DNA of 64,000 nt from an uncultured virus (IMG/VR IMGVR_UViG_3300032331_001801). Taxonomy: Duplodnaviria > Heunggongvirae > Uroviricota > Caudoviricetes. The notes under the pieces are model-generated. The model made no database searches, was not told the origin of the DNA, and was given only the letters and a program-made list of their open reading frames with translations. Numbering within the stretch: the first letter of the stretch is position 1; each line of letters opens with the position of its first letter. Both the position numbers and the translations under genes were made by a program. Where the stretch lies: IMG/VR virus record IMGVR_UViG_3300032331_001801, one strand, 5' to 3'. Shown here piece after piece: positions 39,305 through 48,765 of this stretch.

Positions 39305-40057
39305 CTATGCTCCCACGATTGTTATACCAGGTCCAACAACGAATTCTTTTCCATCTTTATTTTTCCAAGGAAAACCATTTGGATACTGCTTCTCGTTCTC
39401 GGCATTACCCTTTTCAAAGAATTCTTTATTAACAGAATTGTCATTACCATCCAATCGATAGTTCAAAGAATATTCTTTAGTACATGCAAAGTTTGGAAAG
39501 TACTGTTTCAAAGAACCAAAGAATTGACGATCTGCACCCCATTGACCATACCATGTCTGACCAATACGAATAGCAATATCACGCTTCACCATAAATGATG
39601 ATGTGTCGATGTGAAATTGGTCTTTATTGAAATAAACTGGCCACTTACCTAATGATTCGCAGTTATCTTCACAAAGATATTCGCCATCTTTGTCAACAAT
39701 CTTTCTTAGTGAGTATGCCCAATCAGCACCTGCTTTGATCTTCTCAACCAGTGTCTCAACGTGATTAGGCTCCAACCAGTTGTCCTCATCAAGGTAACAT
39801 ATAACATCAGCATTGACCAGAAAACCACATGCAGCATATACACGATGACCATACCAACCTTTACCAACATTCTCTTCAAGATGGACGGTTCGGATTCGTG
39901 ATGCGCCAACAATTTCTTTATTAACTGTATCAGCATACTGTTCACCGTCAACGTAAATGTAATGTACTAAGTCTTCATACGTTTGATTATCAACCGACTC
40001 GATGCACTTCTTTAGTGTCTTTGATCCGATTGTTGGAGTCACTACCGCTACTTTCAT
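39305..40057 (-). CDS. Glycosyltransferase family 2
   Basis: VAVVTPT...CIESVDNQTY, YVDG, YLDEDNW (DxD). Confidence 0.85.
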   Translation of the reverse strand: MKVAVVTPTIGSKTLKKCIESVDNQTYEDLVHYIYVDGEQYADTVNKEIVGASRIRTVHLEENVGKGWYGHRVYAACGFLVNADVICYLDEDNWLEPNHVETLVEKIKAGADWAYSLRKIVDKDGEYLCEDNCESLGKWPVYFNKDQFHIDTSSFMVKRDIAIRIGQTWYGQWGADRQFFGSLKQYFPNFACTKEYSLNYRLDGNDNSVNKEFFEKGNAENEKQYPNGFPWKNKDGKEFVVGPGITIVGA

Positions 40058-40140
40058 GTTTCACCTTTTTCTTAAAAATTGCATCCCAATTAGCATTAAA
40101 CTTTTCCATAGGTATTTCTATGGGTCTTGGTTTTGATCCT

Positions 40141-40566
40141 TTACTCATTCCACGCTTTCAATATTAAAGATGATGAATTCTTTTTATCAGACCCACCAAT
40201 ACCATACATAAATTTCCAACCATAAGCGTTTGCTTCGGCATTGTTTGTTTCATTTCGATCACCACCATTTACAAATACATATTCACTTGCTCTGGTGTAA
40301 TAATATGTTCGCACTTTGTCGAGAAAGTCATACGCAGTTCCATCAGAGTCATCAAACTCCCAAACCGAATCAACCCATTTGATTGCCAATAGAATTCCTT
40401 TACGTTCTTCAATAGGCATAAATGGTTTACCCTTCTTACGAGTTAACCATGCATCAGAATTCACACCAACAACTAATCTATCACCCAATGCTGCCGCTTG
40501 ACGAAGCATAGCAAGGTGACCAGAATGAATTGGATCAAATCCACCAGATACCGCAACTATTCTCAT
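40141..40566 (-). CDS. Cytidylyltransferase-like nucleotidyltransferase (TagD/RfaE-II family)
   Basis: VSGGFDPIHSGH, LVVGVNSD.WL.RKKGKPF, NGGDR, KNSSS. Confidence 0.88.
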   Translation of the reverse strand: MRIVAVSGGFDPIHSGHLAMLRQAAALGDRLVVGVNSDAWLTRKKGKPFMPIEERKGILLAIKWVDSVWEFDDSDGTAYDFLDKVRTYYYTRASEYVFVNGGDRNETNNAEANAYGWKFMYGIGGSDKKNSSSLILKAWNE

Positions 40567-40994
40567 ACATTAATTTCCGGAAATGCTTCTTTGACTAAAG
40601 CAACAGTTAAACCTTTAACTTTAAATTTACCCTGAATAAGTTGAGCAAAGATAGCAGACTCATCTTTGTGAAGTGCTTCCAGAATAACTTGTAATTGTGA
40701 AGTAGCTTTCTCAGCAGTAAATCCCGCTGGTCGCATAGGATGATTTTTAATGAATCGATACATCTTGGGCATTTCTGTATCCAAGTATGCAAAGTTCAAT
40801 CCAGCAGGTTCTACAGCAGGTCGATACTTTTCTGGTATCGTGACATCCCATTCGACCTTTGGATTTAAAATTAATTCCAAAAAGAATTTAAATCGGGGAT
40901 CGCCATTTTTACGAAGAATATGTAACTTTTCTTCTTTAGTTTTTGCATTTGTAAATTCTTCAATTATTTCAGAATACAGGAGTTCAGAACTCAT
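40563..40994 (-). CDS. Conserved T4-like phage protein downstream of RNase H
   Basis: SEI.......K.EK...LR...LE.LH.DE....., GLT..LVKEAFP. Confidence 0.7.
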   Translation of the reverse strand: MSSELLYSEIIEEFTNAKTKEEKLHILRKNGDPRFKFFLELILNPKVEWDVTIPEKYRPAVEPAGLNFAYLDTEMPKMYRFIKNHPMRPAGFTAEKATSQLQVILEALHKDESAIFAQLIQGKFKVKGLTVALVKEAFPEINV

Positions 40995-41832
40995 CGAGTA
41001 CCTCAATTAGATTTTTAAGTTTGTTGGCTATCATATAATTCATAAAATGTTGCTTGGTCTTTGCTTGCGTAGTTTCGTAGACTTCAACAATTCGTTGTTT
41101 TATCTCATCGGGTATTTTAGTCAAATCGATGAGCATCTCATTTCGTGCATAGTTCCGCAGCATATCTTCGTTACAGAACTCTTTTGGTTCTTGATTCAAC
41201 CAAACTATAATCTTTGCTTCTGTGATTGGTTTCTGCCGACCACCTTCTGTGAATACGTTGTCGGGTGACATGATGTTTGGAATACCATCACCTTTATCAC
41301 CACGAATGATCATCTGTTTTAATTGTGCAGCGGGAAGTGGTTCTTTAATGAACTTTTTAAGAATAGGAGAAAACTGTTCAACATTCGAAAGCTTTTGTAA
41401 TTGAGCAAAGTCTTTATCCGATGAAAGGATCATAACCTTTTCATGTGCAGATTGACGCATAGCTAAAACGGCTATTATATCATCTGCTTCAGCCGATTCA
41501 ACATCAACTACTTTGTATGGAGAAAACTCTTTCAGTTCTTCTTTGATCTTGTTCAGGCAATCAAAGATTGAACCCCAATCATGTCCAGATGCATCCCGAT
41601 TCTTTTTACGAGAAGCTTTGTACTGTGGAAAGATGTCACGCCGCCAGTAATTACGATTGTCACAAGCAATTACAATTTCTGGTCCGTGAGTGGCTTTAAA
41701 CTTCTTAACGTATGTTCGAATTACATTCAATATCATGTGGCGAACTAAATCTTCTTCTACGGGTTTCTTAGAAGAACCAATCTGTTCCATCAAGGATGAT
41801 ATAGCCACTTGATTATAATCAAAGATTATCAT
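40984..41832 (-). CDS. rnh: T4-type RNase H (5'-3' exonuclease)
   Basis: LVRHMILN, IACD..NYWRRDIFPQYKASR, EADDII, ILSSDKDF.QLQ, GDKGDGIPN. Confidence 0.95.
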   Translation of the reverse strand: MIIFDYNQVAISSLMEQIGSSKKPVEEDLVRHMILNVIRTYVKKFKATHGPEIVIACDNRNYWRRDIFPQYKASRKKNRDASGHDWGSIFDCLNKIKEELKEFSPYKVVDVESAEADDIIAVLAMRQSAHEKVMILSSDKDFAQLQKLSNVEQFSPILKKFIKEPLPAAQLKQMIIRGDKGDGIPNIMSPDNVFTEGGRQKPITEAKIIVWLNQEPKEFCNEDMLRNYARNEMLIDLTKIPDEIKQRIVEVYETTQAKTKQHFMNYMIANKLKNLIEVLDEF

Positions 41833-42896
41833 TTTATAATTCTCAGTAATATAGTATCTGTATTTAATCGACCAGATAACGCAGATTCGACTGCCTTTAT
41901 ACTATCTAGTGCAGTTCGCAAATAAACTTTGCCGCCATCAATAATTTCGGGCAAAACTGTTTCGGGTTTACGTAATGTTTTCTGTTTCGATTTACTTTCT
42001 GAATAACCAGTAAGCGATGTACCCTTTACCGAAAAACCACTGGCATCTTCAGAAATATAACAACCTAATTTTCGTGTCTTGGTATTATACACCCAAAGCT
42101 GTGTTGCACCTAAAATTGTTTTGGGTTCGATGGATTGTAGTTTTAAATCTGCAAACTCTTTACAGTATTGTAATTTTGACAATACTTGTTCTGGTGACTT
42201 TGCTTTACGTTTACGAGGTTTTCGAGTCTTTATTGACTCACCTGCAATTTGTGCCCCGACCAAAATAACCTGATCACAATAAAAAATCAGTTTTTTAAGT
42301 TGTGGTTTTGTAAAGTTGGAATAACCTTCTTTGATTAAACCATCATCTGTTGTCAAAATAGAATCATACTCTGCTCGACGAATTTTGAAATGTTCAGTGA
42401 TGTGTTTGGTATGTGCACCTTTCACTTCCAGACTGTTCATAACAGCAATCGGTGCAGGATTTGATTTGAAATCTGAAAGTATTATTTCGTCAAGCTGACC
42501 TTCCAACTCTCCGATACACTCACTCGATTTTCTTTTAATGTGATCTTGTATTGATATGACATTTGCAGTTTTGGCAGGTTTGGTATCATCTACGGTTCCT
42601 CTCAATTCATTGATAGTTTTCTCAAACCACTCTTTATCTTTACCGACAAGAATCCCACCGTTGGTAACGATGCGGCAAACGAATCCAAAGGTCTGTGGCT
42701 GCGATTTGATACCTGTGGGTACGGCAACCTTCAACTTCTTTTTGAAGTAGTCTGTGGCGTACTTAAATGCGTCCTTGTTATCCCGATTTTGGGAATACCA
42801 AGACAAAGCTTGCGTCAGGTCAATTTGACTCAACTCAGCGGAGATTTTGGGTTCGGCACCCGAAAATATAATGTTAACGTCAGTCGGCTTATTCAT
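41829..42896 (-). CDS. Conserved hypothetical T4-like phage protein
   Basis: ILGA.QLWVYNTKTRKL..Y, VKGTSL.GY, KTLRKPE..L, GRLN.DTILLR. Confidence 0.75.
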   Translation of the reverse strand: MNKPTDVNIIFSGAEPKISAELSQIDLTQALSWYSQNRDNKDAFKYATDYFKKKLKVAVPTGIKSQPQTFGFVCRIVTNGGILVGKDKEWFEKTINELRGTVDDTKPAKTANVISIQDHIKRKSSECIGELEGQLDEIILSDFKSNPAPIAVMNSLEVKGAHTKHITEHFKIRRAEYDSILTTDDGLIKEGYSNFTKPQLKKLIFYCDQVILVGAQIAGESIKTRKPRKRKAKSPEQVLSKLQYCKEFADLKLQSIEPKTILGATQLWVYNTKTRKLGCYISEDASGFSVKGTSLTGYSESKSKQKTLRKPETVLPEIIDGGKVYLRTALDSIKAVESALSGRLNTDTILLRIIK

Positions 42897-43020
42897 AAAT
42901 TCCTCAACTTACTATATATCTGCCTATTATGCCTTGTAGCATAAATATACTGTGATTGTCAACTATTGTTTTTTTTGAACTATTTTATGTTTCTTATAGG
43001 AAAGTTACTTAAAGGACAAG

Positions 43021-43803
43021 ATGGACCCGCTAACCCTCTTTGCCTTGGCAAATGGTGCAGTCGCAGCAGTCAAGCAAGGTTGTAAACTTTATAAAGAAAT
43101 AGCATCGGCAGCGAGTGATGTCAAGGGAATTCTAGGTGACCTTGAATCACAATTTCATGCCGCCCATAAAGAACGTCCCCCTACAGTAGCAGAACACAAT
43201 CAGTACGTCCAAGAAAAAAATCGGGTAATTGAACTAAGTAAAAAACAACCCGATGATGTATATACAGCCATTGGTGAGAGTTTAGGTGCTTACTTTGAAA
43301 ACATGGCTACATGCATGGCAATCTTCCAAGAGGAGGAAAGGCATGATAATGAAGTGTATGAAGGACCACATAGTGTAGGTAAACGCGCACTATCCAGAGT
43401 TTTGATGCAAACCAAACTTGTAGCAATGCAAGCTGAACTTCGTGAAATTATGGTATATCAATGCCCACCCGAATTAGGTGATTTATATACCCGTGTTGAA
43501 AAAATGATGGTAAAAATGCAAGAGCAACAAAGTATTGCTATTGCTAAAAGAATGCAAGATGAAAGAGCAGCGACAATAAGGAAAAAAAGAAGACTTGAAA
43601 AAATACGTTGTGAAGCATGGAAGTATGGTGTGACTGTACTTTTTATTGCCTACATCTTCATATTAGGTTGGTCAGTTGTAGAACTACGAATAGAACACTC
43701 ACCAGAGTTAGGTCGTTGTCTGATACCTAAAGGAAGTTGGATGTATGATCGTTACAATAACTTAAAAGGAATTGATTGTGAAGTTCAGGGATACAAACAA
43801 TGA
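43021..43803 (+). CDS. Hypothetical coiled-coil membrane protein
   Basis: MDPLTLFALANGAVAAVK..., C-terminal TM segment; CATAAATA upstream. Confidence 0.7.
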   Translation: MDPLTLFALANGAVAAVKQGCKLYKEIASAASDVKGILGDLESQFHAAHKERPPTVAEHNQYVQEKNRVIELSKKQPDDVYTAIGESLGAYFENMATCMAIFQEEERHDNEVYEGPHSVGKRALSRVLMQTKLVAMQAELREIMVYQCPPELGDLYTRVEKMMVKMQEQQSIAIAKRMQDERAATIRKKRRLEKIRCEAWKYGVTVLFIAYIFILGWSVVELRIEHSPELGRCLIPKGSWMYDRYNNLKGIDCEVQGYKQ

Positions 43804-43985
43804 TATACAAAGAAAAGATAGATGACGAGACAAAGTATTATGTTCGGACAAATTCAACCGATAGTTTGATTCTTGTCACATCGGATCAAATGTTAGCGCG
43901 ACGAATAGAACATGCTATTAGCAGCGTGAAGGATGATTCTCAGATTAGAATAAAAGCAGTGAGGGGAAATAAAAAAGGACCGTGA
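43800..43985 (+). CDS. Hypothetical protein
   Basis: ATGA overlap with upstream ORF. Confidence 0.55.
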   Translation: MIYKEKIDDETKYYVRTNSTDSLILVTSDQMLARRIEHAISSVKDDSQIRIKAVRGNKKGP

Positions 43986-43999
43986 GGTCCTTTCTTTTT
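43970..43999. terminator. Bidirectional intrinsic terminator
   Basis: AAAAAAGGACC-GTGA-GGTCCTTTCTTTT between convergent genes. Confidence 0.8.
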
Positions 44000-44072
44000 A
44001 CCGATTTGCAATGTACATTGTGATTTCAAAACCAAAACGCATATCTTGTGCCGAGGGTGTAGTCCACTTCAT
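43998..44072 (-). CDS. pqqA: Pyrroloquinoline quinone precursor peptide PqqA
   Basis: MKWTTPSAQDMRFGFEITMYIANR* (24 aa): W..P....(M/L)R.GFE(I/V)T.Y consensus with the E-x3-Y pair; AAGGAG RBS 6 nt upstream; terminator directly downstream. Confidence 0.95.
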   Translation of the reverse strand: MKWTTPSAQDMRFGFEITMYIANR

Positions 44073-44108
44073 AGTTTTCTCCTTAGTTGGTACTGCTGAT
44101 CTATTTAA

Positions 44109-44300
44109 TCATTTTTGATCGTCAGAACTCTCAGGATTTTCATTAATCTTTGATAGTATCCAAGAACCATTACCGTTATCAGTCCACTTCAAAGTATCGC
44201 CGGGCTGCCATCCTGCTTCATCCATCACTTCTTGTGGAAACTCCAGATACTCATCACCATCTTCAAACTTCTGTACTGTTAGTGTCCATGTTTTGCTCAT
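44109..44300 (-). CDS. AbrB/MazE-like small DNA-binding protein
   Basis: L.FP.EV...GW..GDTL.W......W.L. Confidence 0.65.
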   Translation of the reverse strand: MSKTWTLTVQKFEDGDEYLEFPQEVMDEAGWQPGDTLKWTDNGNGSWILSKINENPESSDDQK

Positions 44301-44312
44301 GTTTTACCTTTA

Positions 44313-44386
44313 TGGCCTCGGTGTACGGAATCGAACCGCAATCAATGGGTTTGGAGTCCATTGTGTTACCACTACACCACACCGAG
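44313..44386 (-). tRNA. tRNA-Trp(CCA)
   Basis: CTCGGTG...CACCGAG acceptor, discriminator G, encoded CCA end; anticodon loop CT-CCA-AA; T-arm TGCGG-TTCGATT-CCGTA; one A.C mismatch in anticodon stem. Confidence 0.9.
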
Positions 44387-44390
44387 AGAA

Positions 44391-44681
44391 TTATTTGATA
44401 AGAATTTCTTTGGGTTCGTTGGTATCACCGTTTGGATAACGGTATGCCACAAAACCATCGGCATCTTTGTATGAAACGCCATTCCAGAAATATTCTTTTT
44501 CTTTAAAATAAGCAATTCGTTCTTCAGTATACTCATTGATGTCAATTGTTGTTGTACCAAGAAACTTCTGCCAGTTGTCATCGGCATTTTCTGCAATCAC
44601 TGTAGCTTCTTTTTCGTTGTCAGCTTCAACGACATAGACATTACGATAAATCATTAATTGTTCAACAATATATTTTGGCAT
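44391..44681 (-). CDS. Hypothetical protein
   Basis: 96 aa, YVVEADNEKEA; GGAG RBS. Confidence 0.65.
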   Translation of the reverse strand: MPKYIVEQLMIYRNVYVVEADNEKEATVIAENADDNWQKFLGTTTIDINEYTEERIAYFKEKEYFWNGVSYKDADGFVAYRYPNGDTNEPKEILIK

Positions 44682-44683
44682 GT

Positions 44684-45118
44684 TTACTCCGCTAAATTAG
44701 AAAACGCTTCTTTCACTTTTAATTTAAAATCACCACCAGTTACATAATTTAGGTAGTCTTCAAACCAAAGTTCCGATTTGTCGGTTTTCCGACAGATGCA
44801 ACCAGATAGTCCTGTACCCACAAGGTTGTTCACATAGATGATTGGATCGGCTAGGATGGCTTCAAACGAGTCATCGAACACTGGAGAACCGTCATCAGCC
44901 TGTGTAAAGAACGCCAAATGGAATTTATTGCCCACATCTGACGTTTCTACGGGTTTGGCATTTGCCATTTCTGCTTTAAAGTTGAAAAATGCTAGTTGAT
45001 AGCTTTCTTCAGAGTCTTCATAAGTGGGAACAAAGTAAAAACCATCATATTCTTCGGGAAATGTCGAAATTTCGTCAATTTCATCATCTACTTTTTTCTC
45101 TTTTTTGAATAAATTCAT
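44684..45118 (-). CDS. Hypothetical acidic protein
   Basis: 144-aa ORF in operon. Confidence 0.65.
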   Translation of the reverse strand: MNLFKKEKKVDDEIDEISTFPEEYDGFYFVPTYEDSEESYQLAFFNFKAEMANAKPVETSDVGNKFHLAFFTQADDGSPVFDDSFEAILADPIIYVNNLVGTGLSGCICRKTDKSELWFEDYLNYVTGGDFKLKVKEAFSNLAE

Positions 45119-45167
45119 GTTTTTTCTTTAGTTTTTGCATAAAAACGTTAATGGATGCATAAAAACG

Positions 45168-45368
45168 TTATTTTTCTTCGTTTTCGTCAAAATTCCACAT
45201 GCGAACATGGAAGTGACTACCGCAAGAATCGATTTCTCTCTGCGGATAACCCTCTTTTAGCATCCATTTGGTCATGTCTCCATCGGTTTCTTGTTCATAA
45301 ACCTTTGGAAAGCCGTATTTCCAACCCGCTGGTGGGTCAACCCATATTTTTTTAGCAGTCATGGTCAT
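45168..45368 (-). CDS. Conserved small phage protein
   Basis: VDPPAGWKYGFPK...W...GYP motif. Confidence 0.7.
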   Translation of the reverse strand: MTMTAKKIWVDPPAGWKYGFPKVYEQETDGDMTKWMLKEGYPQREIDSCGSHFHVRMWNFDENEEK

Positions 45369-45439
45369 ATTTTCACATAAAAAATCAATTAAGTCAAGAA
45401 CGGATAAATATTAGTATCATCATTTTACTGGAAACCACA

Positions 45440-47053
45440 ATGGCAAAAGTTAACACCAAAGAATTAGCGCAATGTTTAGCACTTTCGTACTTTGCCGAAC
45501 ACCCCAAGTACGAAAAACCTGTAGGTAACAAAGATACTGATCACGCCATACGATTCTACACTCTTTTTTCTGGTAAAGAAAACGTTACCAACTATAAGAA
45601 GAAATATTTATCGAATACTTTTCCAATCGATAAAGTAAAGACAGAATTTGCCGTTACTAAAACTGCCACAGGTAAACAATCATTCCATACAACGGCTAAA
45701 AAAGTTTACAATGTAGCAAGAGCCTGTGTGGAATCTCGAATGTTTAAGTTTCCGCTAAATCAATACGAATTCCTTGATCAAGATGATCCTTTCACCAAAA
45801 CAGTCAAAGACAATTGTCTAACAAATATTAAAACTGCGTTTGGTTATCCAAAATCTGTAAAAGTTGACATCTTTTCTGCTGTTGATGTATTCTTTGTTAA
45901 GTCATCGGAAAAGAAAAAGATCATGGATGATTTTAAACGTACATTCAATGATCCTAAAACCATTTTGAAAGAAGGGGTATGGGGTAAATCTGGAACCAAT
46001 GACTATGCAAGCATGATGGGTAAGTATATGAAAGAAGGATCGTTGATTCCTGTGTCATTAAAGCTTCCAACAAATGTAACAAGTTTACCGAAAATATCAT
46101 TGGTTAGTTTGGATACAAAAAATAATTCCAGCGAAGACATTGATCCATTTATGAAGATGCTTGCGGCAATATTAGATGAACCCAATAAGACCAAGCATAT
46201 CATTGATACGGTAATTGAGATTGACTTTGATAAGTTTATTATGCATGAATTATTGAATTGGGTATTTCCAGTAAATTTCAATTTTAAGAAGTTAATTGAT
46301 CGTAAAACAAATAAACCAATTGAGGATTACAACTTACGATTTAATCTCTATGCACAGGGTCACAGTGCAGGTTGGAATGGACAGTTTGATGCCAGTACCC
46401 GTGAGTTTAAAGACAAACAATGGGTTGGTGGTGCTAGTATTCCAGCGTTTGAGCGAATAGCTAAAGAGTATCCAGAATACGGTAGAACAGTCAAAAAGAT
46501 GGTAGAACTTAGAATGTCTGTATTTGATAAGTTTACCGAAAATCTTCAATCAAAGAATCCAGAAGCATTTGAAAAAATTAAAGCATTAAAAACTACAGCA
46601 CATTCCGAGTTGTCTAAACAGAAGATTGTTTACGGAACGCTAGTAAAGGGTGTCAAAGAGTTTTTTGATCGGTATGATGATTTTACTGGTAACAAAGGAA
46701 TAAACAGTACTCCGTCATATACACAATACCAGAATGAATTTATTAATGCAGTAAGGCATTTTGATAAGAAGTATCCTGGTGCTAAGGATACGAGAGTTAA
46801 GACAATCAAAGCGCACTTTGCACATGCTCAGATTTCTTACTTTTTAAATGAAGGTAATAAGAACTTTCAATTGTACTTTAAACAGAAGATGTTTGTTACC
46901 ATCTATGGTTTAATTACTAAGAAAGCACATAAGGTGTTTGACTTGGATGACTATGTTGGAATGCGAAATGCCATCACACAATCCATTCAGGATACTGCTG
47001 GTAAGGAGATAATCCATGAATTCAAATCAGCACCTCATTACATTGTATCTTAA
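45440..47053 (+). CDS. Hypothetical protein, possible PD-(D/E)XK-like nuclease
   Basis: 537 aa; E near N-terminus, SAVDVFF...IPVSLK resembles a PD...SxK site; GATAAATA upstream; opposite strand to neighbours. Confidence 0.55.
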   Translation: MAKVNTKELAQCLALSYFAEHPKYEKPVGNKDTDHAIRFYTLFSGKENVTNYKKKYLSNTFPIDKVKTEFAVTKTATGKQSFHTTAKKVYNVARACVESRMFKFPLNQYEFLDQDDPFTKTVKDNCLTNIKTAFGYPKSVKVDIFSAVDVFFVKSSEKKKIMDDFKRTFNDPKTILKEGVWGKSGTNDYASMMGKYMKEGSLIPVSLKLPTNVTSLPKISLVSLDTKNNSSEDIDPFMKMLAAILDEPNKTKHIIDTVIEIDFDKFIMHELLNWVFPVNFNFKKLIDRKTNKPIEDYNLRFNLYAQGHSAGWNGQFDASTREFKDKQWVGGASIPAFERIAKEYPEYGRTVKKMVELRMSVFDKFTENLQSKNPEAFEKIKALKTTAHSELSKQKIVYGTLVKGVKEFFDRYDDFTGNKGINSTPSYTQYQNEFINAVRHFDKKYPGAKDTRVKTIKAHFAHAQISYFLNEGNKNFQLYFKQKMFVTIYGLITKKAHKVFDLDDYVGMRNAITQSIQDTAGKEIIHEFKSAPHYIVS

Positions 47054-47139
47054 TAATTACCATTAATTCTTCATTGGCGACAAAGCATTATACTCATACT
47101 TTAAAACACTTGTCAAGCTTTATTTGCAAATTTTTGAAT

Positions 47140-47164
47140 AAAAAAAAGCCACATTTCTGTGGCT
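47140..47164 (-). terminator. Intrinsic terminator
   Basis: A-run + AGCCACA-TTTC-TGTGGCT. Confidence 0.75.
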
Positions 47165-47184
47165 CGTTTACCGTTAATTACGGA

Positions 47185-47352
47185 TTAATTACTTAGACCG
47201 CAAATTGCTTGAATCTCCACCGCAGCGTAACCTTTCTCGATTGCTGACAGTTTACAATCATTGCGAAGGGTGGATGTGTAACTCAATGCACCAAACAGAA
47301 TACCGAAAAATATTAATAATCCTACAACCATCTTCAAAAAATCATTTTCCAT
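47185..47352 (-). CDS. Small membrane protein
   Basis: MENDFLKMVVGLLIFFGILFGALSY...C...EIQAIC; GGAG RBS. Confidence 0.55.
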   Translation of the reverse strand: MENDFLKMVVGLLIFFGILFGALSYTSTLRNDCKLSAIEKGYAAVEIQAICGLSN

Positions 47353-47560
47353 GTCTATCTCCATAAAGGTCAAATACTTTACCGCCAACATATACTGCAA
47401 CAAAATAAAAGTCCGGATTGCGTAAGTAAGCATTACGAAAGACACCTTTGTTGTAGTCTTCATAATAGTCTTTAGCTTCACCGCGAGTTTCGAACTCTTT
47501 TGTAAAAACCACATTGGGTTTTTTTCCGGTCATGTACCGGAGGACATCTACTCTATACAT
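47342..47560 (-). CDS. Hypothetical protein
   Basis: 72-aa ORF overlapping the next gene. Confidence 0.55.
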   Translation of the reverse strand: MYRVDVLRYMTGKKPNVVFTKEFETRGEAKDYYEDYNKGVFRNAYLRNPDFYFVAVYVGGKVFDLYGDRHGK

Positions 47561-48056
47561 TTAAAATAAGGAAGAAAGGATTGCAGCACCACTAAACGCT
47601 GATATAAACAAATATGTCCAGCCCCGTAAATTGTTATCTTCGATTTGGAAACTTTCAATAGCCCAAACCCAAAATAGAACCATAAAGATTACATTAAGAA
47701 TAAGCATGAACATCAGCAGCATCCTCCTGTACAACTCTGAAGCCTTTGTTTTCTAATTCTACTGCATAAACAAAGTCCTGTGTGTAGCCGATTTTATTAC
47801 CTTTGGGATCAAGTATCCACCATGTAGTTTTGATCATGGAGCCTCCGAATCATCAATATAACCAAGATACTCCGTGGCAACATATTCTACCATTGTCGGA
47901 GTAACACCTAACATGTTGGATACCTCTGTGACGCTTTTGTCAGCTTCCAACAATTCCATAATTTCTACGACCATCTTATTCAAGCCACTCATGATATGTT
48001 TCCTTTATTGAGAAAGTACGCATAGTTTACCATTATTGATTACTAGTGTCAAGTGT

Positions 48057-48308
48057 TTATTCCAGCAGTGTACGATTCTGAATATCCCAAAAATGCATCA
48101 CAGCATCTTTCGCAAAACTTAAATCAATGTATTGTCCTAGATGTTTTTCATCATCAAGAGTAAATGTATATTGACCCACATAGACTAATCCTATCCAGAT
48201 ATCGTTGGACATTAGTTTCGATACGGTGCCGACAATTTTACCAGTGTTAACATTATAGTAATAGTATGCCGACCCACGTTCTTTCCAATCAAATGTTTGT
48301 ATCATCAT
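48057..48308 (-). CDS. Hypothetical protein
   Basis: 83-aa ORF in packed operon. Confidence 0.6.
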   Translation of the reverse strand: MMIQTFDWKERGSAYYYYNVNTGKIVGTVSKLMSNDIWIGLVYVGQYTFTLDDEKHLGQYIDLSFAKDAVMHFWDIQNRTLLE

Positions 48309-48480
48309 TTAGTCCAAAGTATTTTGCGATTTCAACGCCAGGTGCGGCATCAGGATTATCTACATCTATTTCAATACATTTACGAATAATCAACTCAGCA
48401 AACATCTCTTGGTCAAAGTGTAGACCGTCTGTTCGTTCATCCCAACACTTGTTTGCTAGTACAGTCCATTGAAGATTCAT
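48289..48480 (-). CDS. FAELI-family small protein (paralogue)
   Basis: EMFAELIIRKCI...IAKYFGL. Confidence 0.65.
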   Translation of the reverse strand: MNLQWTVLANKCWDERTDGLHFDQEMFAELIIRKCIEIDVDNPDAAPGVEIAKYFGLNDDTNI

Positions 48481-48765
48481 TTACAGTCCTTATCCACAGT
48501 AGTAACGTGCATAGCCCACTCATGTAGATTGTCCCACAGGTCTGGTTCACCCGCAAATAGAAATACTAAAATTAATATAGCAAACACCATTATCTACCTT
48601 TCCACATATCAATCGCCTGTTGCAATTGTTCCATCTGTTTAAAGCGAATGTCATCCATGATACCCATACCATACCCCGAATCCATTTGCGCTTGTGTCAT
48701 GTTCCACAGAACGTCATGTTGCTTCTGGAGAGTATTAATGACGATATCGAATTCATCGAGTACCT

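Noticed and set aside
44313..44386. tRNA-Trp as a sign of stop-codon recoding, or as an integration site
   Set aside because: The anticodon is the standard CCA, genes end normally at TGA/TAG/TAA, and no integrase or att duplication is seen
48490..48498. DnaA box TTATCCACA
   Set aside because: Single copy in a packed gene region; expected by chance, and no cluster near the candidate origin
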